64,000 bases of DNA from Candidatus Multiplicimicrobium inquinatum (lineage in GTDB: Bacteria > Omnitrophota > Omnitrophia > Omnitrophales > Aquincolibacteriaceae). The DNA is taken from NCBI GenBank assembly GCA_002344825.1, contig DDUN01000038.1:21061-85060 (forward strand), read 5' to 3'. The notes under the pieces were generated by a model. That model did no database searches, was not told the DNA's origin, and saw only the letters and a program-made list of their open reading frames with translations. A program made the position numbers and the translations under genes. Of the stretch, positions 63,893 to 64,000 are shown in pieces. Each line of letters begins with the position of its first letter. Within the stretch, counting starts at the first letter, position 1.

Positions 63893-64000
63893 ATGCAAAT
63901 CATCTGGATTGCTTTGATCGGGATTTTCGGCGGCATCATGAGCGGGCTTTTGGGCGTGGGGGGCGGACTTATTTTTGTGCCGCTCATGACTTTCTTTTTG
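63893..64000 (+). CDS. TauE/SafE-family (sulfite exporter TauE/SafE, TSUP) membrane transporter. Only the N-terminal fragment is in the window.
   Basis: MQIIWIALIGIFGGIMSGLLGVGGGLIFVPLMTFF carries the GxGGG…VP motif of the first TauE-family (TSUP) repeat. The ORF continues beyond 64000. Confidence 0.55.
   Translation, partial: MQIIWIALIGIFGGIMSGLLGVGGGLIFVPLMTFFL

Overview
The window looks like the chromosomal replication-origin neighbourhood of a bacterium with roughly 50% GC, followed by an accessory region and two giant genes. The origin block is mnmG, yidC, rnpA, rpmH on the minus strand, then a DnaA-box intergenic region, then dnaA, dnaN, a small DUF721/DciA-like ORF, gyrB, gyrA and serS on the plus strand. 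No recF is present.

Between 13 and 23 kb lies a tRNA-rich accessory stretch. It carries three tRNA-Ser isoacceptors and a tRNA-Arg. Several of these are followed by members of two repeat families (called X and Y here), with partial duplications of the tRNA 3' ends. It also holds a small methyltransferase plus Rrf2 regulator island, two long coiled-coil proteins and tadA.

Next comes a nitrosative-stress cluster: hemerythrin-like and cupin genes divergent from nsrR-like and a quinol-dependent NO reductase, with an NsrR-type half-site. After that come a UDP-sugar pyrophosphorylase-like gene with pgm, an ABC-2 transporter pair, corA, rlmN, a four-helix-bundle gene and a secreted hypothetical.

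The most striking content is two giant same-strand ORFs that flank ychF: a 16.46-kb gene (5487 aa) and a 7.8-kb gene (2606 aa). Both start with a signal peptide and a paralogous N-terminal domain. Both are mosaics of enzyme-like modules. Giant 1 has two DOT1-like methyltransferase folds, a PPP/calcineurin-like phosphatase, a Fic-like motif, TPRs, an internal transmembrane bundle and a third methyltransferase. Giant 2 has a GT35 glucan-phosphorylase-like region. A short peptide motif, [N/A]-R-S-E-x-R, recurs about 19 times in the two proteins and lies between the recognisable modules. The window ends with cysE, a prepilin-type pilin, an RNase HI-like gene and a partial TauE-family (TSUP) transporter ORF. 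All domain calls rest on motifs read by eye; no database searches were run.
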